Positions 27,525 to 39,930 of a stretch of DNA of 64,000 nucleotides are shown here, piece after piece. The position numbers were made by a program, and so were the translations under genes. The DNA is from Octopus sinensis. Lineage: Eukaryota. The DNA lies in assembly GCF_006345805.1 (NCBI RefSeq), contig NC_042998.1, positions 149,606,001 to 149,670,000 of the forward strand, written 5' to 3'. Positions within the stretch are counted from its first letter, which is position 1; each line of letters starts with the position of its first letter. The notes below the pieces were generated by a model, which was given only the letters and a program-made list of their open reading frames with translations, made no database searches and was not told where the DNA came from.

Positions 27525-28224
27525 GCGTGTGTGTGCGTGCATGTATGTGTTATGTTAGCACACACATATATACATAGCACAACCATCACTTCTAGCCAAC
27601 AAACATGATGCCATGACTACACGTATGATGCTTATGTACCAATCATTTGTATGATTATGAAGCCACAAACAGAATCCCTCTCAATCAAATGACCTAAACG
27701 ACAAAGTGACAGGTAGAGAAATAGTGAGAGAGAGAGAGAGAGAGATGGTGTGTGTGAATGTGTGTGAGGGAGAGAAAGAAAGAGAAAGAGAGAGAGAGAG
27801 AAAAGGAAAAGGGAAATATGCCATGGTGAAAGGGAAAATGTGCGACCTAGCCCAAGAATCGGAACTTCCATTTTTTTATTGCATTCCGAACAACTAAACC
27901 GCTGGGCTAAAGACATCGAATTGTCTGTATATATACATGGTTGTATACATGTATGTATGTACGTGCGCATGTATGTATGTATGCGTATATGTATTATGTA
28001 TGTAACTATATATATATGCATACATATATATATATATGCATATATATATATATAAATATATATATACATATATATATATATATAAAGTATATGCATATAC
28101 ATATTTATATGTATGCATGTATGTACAAGAATACGCACACACACATACACCATGCATATATTTTTACATAAAATACAAGATCAACATACGTGCAAAAATA
28201 TGTGAAGACTTGTTAGTGTATGTG

Positions 28225-28266
<42 letters not shown>

Positions 28267-28626
28267 CGTATGGGTCTGGGTGTGTGAGTGTGAGTGTGTG
28301 CTTGTATTATACATACTAGTGTATGCTTATGGGATTATGTTCGCGTACTGACTTGTGTGTGTGTGCGGGTGTATATGTGAGCGTGTCTGTGCGTGTGGTT
28401 ATTAGGGATGGGCATTGCTGGAGCGCAATTAATTAGTGATAACATGATATTCTCAGCTAAAATACCGACATGTGTTTGCATGTGAGTCCGCGAGTATTAT
28501 TGTGTTGACGTGTATTTATACAATTTTAAGAGCAAAAGCATCTATATGATGCATATAGACTCATATATACGTCTGTATCCAAACCAACGCTTCTGTACAT
28601 ACAAACATACATACATATATGCATAT

Positions 28627-29480
28627 ATTCCCAAGAGGAATACCGCTCACCCCACATCACTATCTGCGGCACCGAACTGAAATCAATACAGCAGTTTACG
28701 TACCTGGGCTGCATCATCTCATCCGATGCAAGGATTGACAGGGGAATTGACAATAGACTTTCTAAGGCAAATAGATCCTTTTGCATATTGTACAAACGTG
28801 TTTGGCACAATAGTGGCCTGAAGAACAAAACAAAGATCAGTGTCTACAGGGCCGTGGTTCTCACCACTCTTATCTACAGCTCAGAGACCTGGATCACTTA
28901 CCGCAGTCACATCCGTCTCCTCGAGCACTTCCACCAGCGATGTCTTTGCACCATCCTCAACATTCACTGGAGTGACTTTGTCACAAACATTGAAGTCTTG
29001 GAGCGGGCCGAGATCCCCAGCATTGAAGCCACGCTACTGAAGTACCACTTCCGATGGGCGGGGCATGTCTCCAGAATGCTGGACCATCGCCTTCCAAAGA
29101 TTTCCCTGTTTGGCGAACTCTCCACCGGCCACCGAGTGAGAGGAGCTCCGACGAAGCACTACAAAGACTGCCTCAAGAAGTCTCTAACAACATGTCATAT
29201 TAACCACAAATGCTGGTCAGACCTGGCTGCGGGCCGTGATGTCTGGCGCCACACGATCTTCAACGCAGTCAGCAAGTTTGAGGAACAAAGAAGAGACGCA
29301 CTTAAAGACAAGAGACGCAGGAGGAAGGCGTGAGCCGCCTCTGACACCACACCGGATGCTACATTCGTCTGTGGACACTGTTCACGGACCTGCCTTTCTC
29401 ATATCGGACTTGTCAGTCATGAGCGTGCATGCACGCGACGTGGGTAGCCTTCCTGATCTTCGTTCGTGAAGCCAAGCCAT
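28627..29480 (+). mobile_element. RTE-clade (BovB-like) LINE, 5'-truncated 3' end
   Basis: FTYLGCIISSDARID..RLSKAN..KTKISVYRAVVLTTL.Y.SETW..FHQRCL..ILNIHW..RWAGHV.RM.DHRLPK..GEL..G.P.KHYKD..CGHCSRTCLSHIGLVSH. Confidence 0.93.
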
Positions 29481-29518
29481 GGTATATATATATATATATA
29501 TGTATTGTATTATATTAT

Positions 29519-29915
29519 AGGCGCAGGAGTGGCTGTGTGGTAAGTAGCTTACTTACCAACCACATGGTTCCGGGTTTCCGGGTACAGTCCCACTGCGTGG
29601 CACCTTGGGCAAAGGTCTTCTACTATAGCCTCGGACCGACTAAAGCCTTGTGAGTGGATTTGGTAGATAGAAACTGAAAGAAGTCCGTCGTATGTATGTG
29701 TGTGTATATGTTTGTGTGTCTGTGTTTGTCCCCCCCAACATTGCTTGACAACCGATGGTGAAGTGTTTACGCCCCGTAACGTAGCGGTTCGGCAAAAAAG
29801 AAAGATAGAATATGTACTAGGATTCTAAAGAATAGGTCCTGGGGTCGATTTACTCAACTAAAGGCGGTGCTCCAGAATGACTGCAGTCAAACGACTGAAA
29901 CAAGTAAAAGAGAAT
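29519..29915 (+). mobile_element. SINE S1, full length
   Basis: tRNA-like head (gtggctgtgtggtaag..ggttccggg..cagtccc), CORE-like accttgggcaa, internal (TG)n, tail ggcggtgctccag..gactgaaacaagtaaaag. Confidence 0.92.
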
Positions 29916-30084
29916 AGCCGTATATATATATATATATATATATTTGACCTCGAACTCACAAATGTAAACAAGAGAGTCAGAGACAGACAGAAATAGGGAA
30001 AATGGTCCTTGTATTTGAATACTATGCAAATATTCTTTTAAAAAACTTTTCTTTTAATTTTTCCAAAATTCAATTATATATATA

Positions 30085-30335
30085 TATATGGAACAGCCTA
30101 CTCGTGAAATGAACGTGCAAGTGGCTGAGCACTCCACAGACACCTGTACCCTTAATGTAGCTATCAGGGAGATTCAGTGTGACAAGGCTGGCCCTTTGAA
30201 ACACAGGTACAACAGAAACAGGAAAACAGAAGGAGAGAAAGTTGTGATGAAAGAGTAAGGCAGGGTTCGCCACCCCCTCCGGAGTATCGTGGAGCTTTAG
30301 TTGTTTTCGCTCAGTAAACCCTCACACTGCCCGGT
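30085..30335 (-). mobile_element. SINE S3, partial
   Basis: Reverse complement of the 39140-39410 segment. Confidence 0.85.
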
Positions 30336-30353
30336 ATATATATATTATATCTG

Positions 30354-30432
<79 letters not shown>

Positions 30433-30459
30433 TATACACATACATATATATAATATATA

Positions 30460-30490
<31 letters not shown>

Positions 30491-31495
30491 TTATTTATAT
30501 AAGTATGAATGTATATCTATCTATCTATCTGTGTGTGTATGTGCGTATGTGTGTGTGTGTGTGTGTATTTGTGTGTGTGTGATGGGTCCCCAGCTGGTGA
30601 GATGTAACTAGTTCAATTGAATTCAATTCATATACGCAGAATTCAATTCATATACACAGATTCTTATATACAGACGTAAATAGATAATTATATTATATAT
30701 GCGCTTATATTTATATAATTTAAGTGTATAATTATGCATATATGAATGCACTATATGTGTATATACATATGTATGAATGTGTGTGAGTGTGTGTGTGTGT
30801 GTGTATTATACAAATACATACGAGCAGGTCCCTGTACTTACACACATACTTATATATATATACACCCACGCTTACATACGCACCCAAGCAGACAAATATC
30901 ATTCATCGAACTACAAAACACAGGTTGGTCGGTGAGTGTGAATATTTGAACACGCAGATATAGCGACGTATATAGGCATATACAAACATACAACATAGGC
31001 ATACGACATACGCATGTACGTACGCACATATACGCCCAGTCACACCGAAATACACTCATATATGTTTATATATGTGTATGTGTGTGGTGTATACATATAT
31101 ATATATATATAATGGATGTATGCATGTGTATATGTATATATATATATATATATAATATATATATATATACATGTATACATATATATGTATATATATATAT
31201 CTAAACATATATATGCATTGATGTATGTATACATACATATAAATATATATATATATATATAGTTATCCGTAATAATTAAGGGTGAAATTAATTAATTTGG
31301 AATAATTATCAATTACACCAAGTAGTCTTCGGCATGTAAAAGCCTCATTCGAGGAAATTTAAGTAATACTAAGCAATAAGGGTTTAGCAACGAATTGCCT
31401 ACCACATACCGAATTTAGAAATAGCAGTCAAAGGGTATAGCTATTTCTTCTACTAAAATGGTGTGCGTGTGTATATATATGTGTGTGTGTATACG

Positions 31496-31540
<45 letters not shown>

Positions 31541-31596
31541 ACGTATGTATATTATATATATATATTATATATATATATATATATTATATACATATA

Positions 31597-31695
<99 letters not shown>

Positions 31696-31753
31696 CGTAT
31701 ACATATATATACATATATATATATATATAATATACATACGTATACTATATATA

Positions 31754-31796
<43 letters not shown>

Positions 31797-31911
31797 CGTA
31801 TACACACACACATATATATACAAACGCACACAATTTTATCCCTAGTGGTACAATACATATATGCATATAAAATATATAAAACACGTGTGTTTGTATGGGT
31901 ATATATTATAT

Positions 31912-31963
<52 letters not shown>

Positions 31964-32285
31964 CATACATACATATATTGCCTTATACACGCACACAGAC
32001 ACACAGAGACGTACACACGAACACACACACACGCACGCATACACACTGGCACAGACATATCTACGTGCTCAGTACGTGTCTCAACTAACGTGTCAATAGA
32101 CAGACGGCTATAAAACCGATCCCATTTGTCAAAGTTAAAGCTACATAGCAAATTGGTGCTTCTAATTTGTTCGGCTATTTATCAAAATCGTGTATTTGGC
32201 ACAGAACTGGCAATGAATCGATTAACACATCGCCCTTTATATATTATTACTGCAGCTTACAGCCTAGCACTGGCTCTATTTATCC

Positions 32286-32361
<76 letters not shown>

Positions 32362-32494
32362 CTCTATCTATCTATCTCTATCTATCTATCTATCATCTAC
32401 CTATCTATGCGCATGACTTCACAATATATACATGTGTGCGTGTGTGGGCATGCGTTGGAGCATTTGTGAGCGTGTGTACATCTATGAATATAAA

Positions 32495-32529
<35 letters not shown>

Positions 32530-32533
32530 ATAC

Positions 32534-32564
<31 letters not shown>

Positions 32565-32578
32565 TGTGTGTGTGTATA

Positions 32579-32620
<42 letters not shown>

Positions 32621-32666
32621 TATATGTATTATGAGGTGTGTGTGTACATCTATGTTTGTATGTATA

Positions 32667-32704
<38 letters not shown>

Positions 32705-32724
32705 CTATATATATACCATATATG

Positions 32725-32925
32725 ATTTGAAATTTTGGCACATTGCCATCAATCTCGGGAGATAGAGTAAGTCGACTGCATCGAGCCCAATACTCAAATA
32801 GTACTTCTTTTATGGAACTCGAAAGGATGAAGGTAAAGTCGACCTCGGTGGACTTTGATGTCAGAACGCGAAGATGGATGAATGCCGCCAAGCATTCACC
32901 CGGAGATCTAACAATTCTGCCGTGT
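32725..32925 (-). mobile_element. SINE S2, diverged
   Basis: gaaaggatgaaggtaaagtcgacctcggtggactttga..cagaacg. Confidence 0.75.
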
Positions 32926-33031
32926 CATATATATATATATATATGAAAGATGTATATATGTATATATATATACATATATGTATATATATATATATATATA
33001 TGAAAGATGTATATATGTATATATATATACA

Positions 33032-33108
<77 letters not shown>

Positions 33109-33116
33109 CGTATATG

Positions 33117-33162
<46 letters not shown>

Positions 33163-33883
33163 TATATATAATACATGCATGCATATATACATATATACGT
33201 ATGTTCGTGTGTATGTATGTATTTGCACATTTCTAAGTGTCTATGCATATATTTATTTTTATCTTTCCATCATACACACACACATAAACACGCCCGCACA
33301 TACACACAGACATATATAAACATCCGTCAGTTATGAATATTAGGTACATTGAATTTATTTTAATTGGTGTTATTTTGGGAAGAATCTAATGGCAATCCCT
33401 CCTGCTTTATGTAGTCTGAATTTGTGCTCAATATACCAAATACTTGCTAGAAAATCACGCATCTGTGTTCATCTCCTCCTTAGATTGCAAGCCACAGTTT
33501 CCTTATTATGATATTTCCTTCAGAGAAAGTGTGCTAGTGGACTATAGGACTCAGCTGGTATACATACATACGTACATACATACATACATACATACATACA
33601 TACATACATACATACATACATACATACATACATACATACATACATAGATTCATACATACATACATACTTACATACATACATGCATACATATGGGGCCCTG
33701 GGATATGTGACCCAAAGCCTAAATACCAATCTTGAGAAATTAGGCTTCTCAAAACTAGAAAGGAGAAAGCTAATTCAAAGACTACAGATCCAATCCATCA
33801 ATGGAACTATAAATATCTGTAAACAGAAACAGACACACACGCATAAATGTATAGCTATGTAATATAATATATAGAATTATATA

Positions 33884-33926
<43 letters not shown>

Positions 33927-33950
33927 TATATATATGTATATATATAGATA

Positions 33951-33984
<34 letters not shown>

Positions 33985-34616
33985 CATCATCATCATCATC
34001 ATCATCAATATCTATAAATCTGAAATGCGAAAAATTGTTTGTCTGGTTTTGGCATTGGAACGGGTTAAATGGCACTAGATCACGTAGGATTGACTCCAAA
34101 ATTTACAGAGACATGTAAAATGAGGTGAGGATTCGAGTGGTCTAGGTTAGAAATCCCTATCTTAGTGGTCTAGGTTAGAAATCCCTATCTTACTAGGGCA
34201 AAAAACGCACACTTTGACAAGTCCTCCATCTCTCTCTCTTTCCTCCCTTCACATCACTTTCTCCCTATAACGTCGTTTCACAAATACTACTATATTTCCC
34301 CCTCCTGCCTTCGCCAGCGCTGTCCCTCTTTCCCCCACCGCCTCTCCCCTCCCTCTCTCTCTTTGTATGTCTGCCTGCATTCATTAAGAGTTTTATTATC
34401 GCCACCACCATCACACAATCATGAGAACAAATATTATGAATCAGATATTTATTGGGTTAATTTATATATATGTGTGTGTGTGTGTGTGTTCTACATATAA
34501 ATATGTATATAAAATGTATATATACAAAGTGTATATATCTGTATTTATATATATATGTATATATATATAATTTGCATACATTTGTATATATAATGCGACA
34601 CACACACGCACACACA

Positions 34617-34704
<88 letters not shown>

Positions 34705-35553
34705 GTGTGCATTATGTGGCCGGTTGAGCTGAAAATATGCACACGTATGTTAAAAGTGCTGGCGAATTTGCATAGCAACTATTTTTTTTCCTCAAATGAA
34801 AGGCGTGACCTCTAGGACAAAATCCTCATCATATATAATGTGGCCCGATTTGACACGAATGAAATGGGACTGGAAGGAGATTAAAATTTACAGGAGCGGG
34901 TGTTTAGGAATTCTCTGTTACATGAAGCTAAAAAATTTGCGCCAGCCTTTAAATCTTCAATGTGTTGTCGTCCATCATGAAGAAGTTTTGAATTCTTGCC
35001 ATGGTGAGTCTACTGTCGTGAGAAAGAATCACCTCAAAACTTGGTGTTTATGAATTTTCTTTTACGTCAAGTTCAAAATTTTACGCCAGCCATTAAACTG
35101 CCACTACGTTGCTGTCCGTCGTTAAGAAATGCCAGCCATGGTGACACTACAATCCTCAGATTCTATCCTTTGAAACTTGGTTTCCAATATTTTTAAAATT
35201 TTTATTCAGCTCGCAAGTTCGTATGTCCCTTTTAAATGTTAGCGTTTTGCTGTCTACCTTGAAGCAAGCCTTTCCGTTGTCACTGCCTGATATTTATGAT
35301 TGATCTTTCAAAATATTTCCTTTCTCAACTTACTCAAGATCTTTTGTTGTTTATAGAGATAGATAGAGAAAGATAGAGAGTAAGAGAAAGCGAGGGAGAG
35401 TCCGAGAGAAATGAAGAGTAAGAGAGTGGGAAAGTGAGAGAGAAGGAAGAGAGAGAAACAAAGAGGGAGAATGTGGTGATAAAACAGAAAGGTAGCAACA
35501 GGAAAGTAACAACCACACTCTTACCCGCGTGTAGAGCGGGTCACCTTAAGCTA

Positions 35554-35599
<46 letters not shown>

Positions 35600-35723
35600 A
35601 CAATCAAGGAACGGCCATAATAGGCCATTCACTCCACTAGAAAAGACAGCCAAAGCTTCAAATCAACCGCAAATAAAAATCAATTCCGTAAACCAGGAGA
35701 AAATTTAAAAACATTTACCCTGT

Positions 35724-35830
35724 ATTTCTTATACGATGCACCGTTTCATCTGCTGTTTAATGGTAAACTAACCTGATTAAATTAAATCAAGCCAATCTTC
35801 CATAGGCCCTCAGATTCTTCAGTAAGAAAT
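35724..35830 (-). ncRNA. Type I hammerhead ribozyme motif (copy 1, left arm)
   Basis: Minus strand: ATTTCTTA-CTGAAGA-ATCTG..CAGAT-GAAA-CGG TGCA TCG-TA-TAAGAAAT. Confidence 0.8.
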
Positions 35831-35997
35831 AGCCAAGTCGGAACAATATTTCACGAGGCATTTCCGACCCTGCCAAGGCAATATATTTATTTGCTGCCGA
35901 TAAATTGGCGCGAGTGCGATGATTTGAAAATTTTAGGTCAGATATTGCCTTGGCAGGGTCGAAAATGCCTCGTGAAAATATCTGTTCCGACTTGGCT

Positions 35998-36103
35998 ATT
36001 TCTTACTGAAGAATCTGAGGGCCTATGGAAGATTGGCTTGATTTAATTTAATCAGGTTAGTTACCATTAAACGGCAGATGAAACGGTGCATCGTATAAGA
36101 AAT
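35998..36103 (+). ncRNA. Type I hammerhead ribozyme motif (copy 1, right arm)
   Basis: Stem I 35998-36005/36096-36103; CTGAAGA 36006-12; stem II ATCTG 36013-17/CAGAT 36075-79; GAAA 36080-83; stem III CGG/TCG; predicted GUA cleavage after 36095. Confidence 0.82.
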
Positions 36104-36266
36104 TACAGGGTAAATGTTTTTTAAATTTTCTCCTGGTTTACGGAATTGATTTTTATTTGCGTTGAAGTTTGGCTGTTATTTCTAGTGGTGAATGGCCTAT
36201 TATGGCCGTTCCTTGATTGTTGATGTTGAACTTAAAAATGGTCTATGACTATTTAATTTTTTCCCA

Positions 36267-36390
36267 CTAGGCCGCTGGTGGCAAAAAAATTCTACAAAAT
36301 TTTTTTGCCACCCTATATTGATTAATTATATATATATATATATATATATATGTCTGCCTGCATTCATTAAGAGTTTTATTATCGCCACCA
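36267..36390 (-). mobile_element. Helitron-like 3' terminus
   Basis: Perfect 15-bp hairpin at 36277-36312; on the minus strand it is followed by agcggc-CTAG|T; a 42-bp segment is shared with 34366-34407. Confidence 0.5.
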
Positions 36391-36399
36391 TATATATAT

Positions 36400-36790
36400 A
36401 TATGTACGACAGGCTTCTTTCCTTTTCTGCCTACCAAATCCACTCAGAAGGCTTTGGTGACCTTGCGACTATAGCAGAAATAACTTACTCAAGGTTTTAT
36501 GCAATGGGTCTGAACCCGCAGCCATGTGGTTGGAAAGGAAACTTTTTACTATACAGACACACCTGCGCCTATATATATCTTTTATCTTTTATTTTTTACC
36601 TTTTCACTCGTTAGACTGCGGCCATACTGGGGCGCCGCCTTGAATTTTAGTTGAAAGATTCGACCCCAGTACTTGGTTTTTTAAAGCCAGGTATTTATTC
36701 TGTCGTTGACTTTAGCCGAACCGCTAAGTTACGGGGCCGCAATCACACCAACACTGGTTGTCAAGTGGTGATCGGGATGGGTACAAACAT
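36400..36790 (-). mobile_element. SINE S1 pieces (head/core 36400-36570, tail 36590-36790)
   Basis: Matches the 29519-29915 copy. Confidence 0.8.
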
Positions 36791-36899
36791 AGACACGCAT
36801 ACACACACACACACACATACACGCACGCATATGTATATTAAATTCACTAATGGTAGTGTTAGTATTACATATATATTCCTAAACTACGATCGTTTGAAT

Positions 36900-37818
36900 A
36901 ATATATGGTTCAGAAAACTGGTAAAGTATACGAGCCCATTGGCCAATGAGCCAGCCCCGTTATAATGTGTATGCAGTGGAAGACATTCCTCATCGTCAGA
37001 GCCCACAATTATTATGGAGCAGTGAACACAGTATTAGTAGTGTCAGTTGGGCACCGTCTTTGTAAAAACAACATCATGTCGCAATTCGTTCTGCAGGAAA
37101 TTTGTGAAACGACACGCTGTACTGCTTGGCATTCGGACGGAAGCTCCATTACGAACATTTCAGAGTGTTTGGGTGTCAATCTGAGAACAGTGCATAATGA
37201 AGACATGTACCGAGAGTGATAAAAAGCAAACATCCAGTCAACATAATAATATTTGGCGTGATTACTTGTGATGGCAACGTTATGCCTCCATTCATCTTCC
37301 CATACGGCTTCAGACTCAACACAGATGCCTACATCAAGTGCCTTGAAGGAGGTAGTGCAGCCTTGAGTCAAGAGGGTGGTTGCTGGAAGACACCATGTCT
37401 AGCAACAGGCTTCTGCACGATGCTACACAAGCAGGAGAACCCAATTATGGCTCTCAGACAATTTTTGCGACCACATCACCCCTAACATCTGGCCAACTAA
37501 CTCCCCAGACTGCAACCCCCTTGATTATTATATGTGAAGCGCAGTTGTGCGAGGGATCAACAAAACTCCTTGTAACACCAAATATGAACTGAAGACAAGA
37601 ATTATGGCAACAATCACCAACTTAAAAAGGAGACCGTCCTGAAGAGTTGCGAGAGATTCCGAAGTCGTTTGGAGGCCGTGGTCGAAGGCAATGGCGACTT
37701 TATTCAATAAATTTCAAGATATTTTTATGTTATTTCGGTAAATATGTCTGTTGAAATGAAATGCATGTGTTATTTTAATTCTTGCATAATTAGACGACAC
37801 TTAATTCATCGCACCCTG
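36900..37818 (+). mobile_element. maT (DD37D) mariner-like transposon, internally deleted
   Basis: KHPVNIIIFGVITCDG.VMPPFIF..QQ(D>A)SA..WPTNSPDCNPLDY, with 37 residues between D2 and D3; right TIR ..atcgcaccctg|ta; left TIR not found. Confidence 0.85.
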
Positions 37819-37851
37819 TACATACATGTATATATATAATATATATATAAT

Positions 37852-37894
<43 letters not shown>

Positions 37895-38069
37895 CACATT
37901 ATATGTATTAAAGCGCTACTAATCGTTTCATATGTTCAGAAATCTCCAACATATTCTTCAGGCGTAAACCAGATATAATGATGGAGTACTTTTTTGTCGA
38001 ATTTTGAATCACTGTAAATTACACAAACGCGCGCACGCACATGTATATATATGTGAGTGCATATGTATG

Positions 38070-38124
<55 letters not shown>

Positions 38125-38129
<5 letters not shown>

Positions 38130-39030
38130 GCTGAGGACAACAACATGCAATTTAATGCAGGTAAGTTCCAGGCCCTGCGCTACTGGCACACAAAGGTAAA
38201 CGACGTGCAGACTGGATATACTGGCCCAGGAAGAATTGCAATCCCTGAGTAAAAATCAGTGCGTGACCTGGGAATTGACATGAGCAATGATGCATCTTTC
38301 CAAATGCATATTGCTAATCTGGTGATAAAATGCAGACGACTAGCTGGATGGATTCTCCGAACCTTCAGAACAAGAGAGAAGGAGACACTGATGATCCTAT
38401 GGAAAACATTCGTCCTCAGCCGCTTGGACTACTGCGCCCAACTGTGGTCACCACACAATATAATACTAACAGCCGAACTCGAAGCAATTCAGAGAAACTA
38501 CACAAAGAAAATCGTCTCAATGCAAAATATCAGCTATTGGGAAAGACTGAAGGTATTAAACCTCTTCTCTCTAGAGCGGAGGCGGGAGAGATATGCGGTG
38601 ATATACATCTGGAAAATCCTGGAGGGTCTTGTCCCAAACTTTGGCATTCAAAGTTACCCCAACCGCAGAACGGGGCGCCACTGCATGGTGCCAAGGATTC
38701 CAACATCACCATCAAAATACAGGTCCAGATACTGCAACAGCTTGGGTTTCAGAGGACCACAGCTCTTTAACATCCTCCCTAAATGCCTGAGAGACTTATA
38801 TGTTGTGGATGTGGGTTTCTTTAAAACTAAACTGGATCTCTTCTTGTCGGGATCCCAGATGAACCTACCCCACGACAGGAGACGCGGATGCGGGCAGCAG
38901 CATCGAACCCCCTTGTTGATCAAGTGCCACGTATCAGAGGTGGATTCACAAATTAGGGTAGCTCATTCAGCGGTGGTGCCCCAGCATGGCCGCGGCCTTC
39001 GGGCTAAAACATTTTTAAGGATTTAAGGAT
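38125..39030 (+). mobile_element. CR1-clade LINE, 5'-truncated 3' end
   Basis: WAEDNNMQFNAGK..VRDLGI..GWILRTF..RLDYC.QLWSP..LEAIQR.YTK..YWERLK.L.L.SLERRR.R..LFN.LP. Confidence 0.95.
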
Positions 39031-39078
39031 ATATATACATATACATATATATATTATATATATATATAAGTATACATA

Positions 39079-39461
39079 GTGGAGGCGCAATGGCCCAGTG
39101 GTTAGGGCAGCGGACTCGCGGTCGTAGGATCGCGGTTTCGATTCCCAGACCGGGCGTTGTGAGTGTTTATTGAGCGAAAACACCTAAAGCTTCACAAGGC
39201 ACCGGCAGGGATGGTGGTGATTCCTGCTGTACTCTTTCACCACAACTTTCTCTCACTCTTACTTCCTGTTTCTGTTGTACCTGTATATCAAAGGGCCGGC
39301 CTTGTCACTCTCTGTGTCACGCTGAATATCCCCGAGAACTACGTTAAGGGTACACGTGTCTGTGGAGTGCTCAGCCACTTACACGTTAATTTCACGAGCA
39401 GGCTGTTCCGTTGATCGGATCAACGGGAACCCTCGTCGTCGTAACCGACGGAGTGCTTCCC
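39079..39461 (+). mobile_element. SINE S3, full length and young, with an 11-bp TSD
   Basis: A-box TGGCCCAGTGG, B-box-like GGTTTCGATTCC; TSD aagtatacata at 39068-39078 and 39462-39472. Confidence 0.93.
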
Positions 39462-39789
39462 AAGTATACATATGAATATATACGTCGTATACTTGAGAGA
39501 ATATCTTTAAGTATATATTTTTTTGCAATTGGTAAATAAATACATTATCTCTATTGCTGTTAGTTATTACACTATATGCAAGTATGTACGTATGAATGTA
39601 TGTATGTATGTTTGTGCTAACTTATGTAATATACGTGTGTATAATTTCGCATATGTAAACAGACGCAGACATATTTATATATAGACGTATATAGAAACGC
39701 ATATATCAATGTGAGTACACACACACACACAGGTATATATGTATATATATTTGTGTGTGTATGTGTGTGTATACATACATACATATATA

Positions 39790-39829
<40 letters not shown>

Positions 39830-39853
39830 GTGTGTATGTGTGTGTATACATAT

Positions 39854-39930
<77 letters not shown>

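Larger units (their letters stand above)
35596..36224. mobile_element. Palindromic (fold-back) hammerhead-bearing element, copy 1
   Basis: Arms 35596-35884 and 35942-36224 are near-perfect reverse complements; homologous to 42301-42965; left flank is (TA)n. Confidence 0.93.

Noticed and set aside
31315-31365. Minus-strand tcgaatga-ggc..gcc-gaagac resembling a hammerhead core
   Set aside because: Both conserved core segments deviate; this cannot be supported without a family consensus.
35596-36224. CRISPR array, Rho-independent terminators or other prokaryotic features
   Set aside because: The sequence is eukaryotic repeat DNA; there are no repeat-spacer arrays, and the hairpins are explained by mobile elements.
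39081-39155. tRNA gene
   Set aside because: It has A/B boxes but no proper cloverleaf acceptor stem, and it continues into a SINE body bounded by a TSD.
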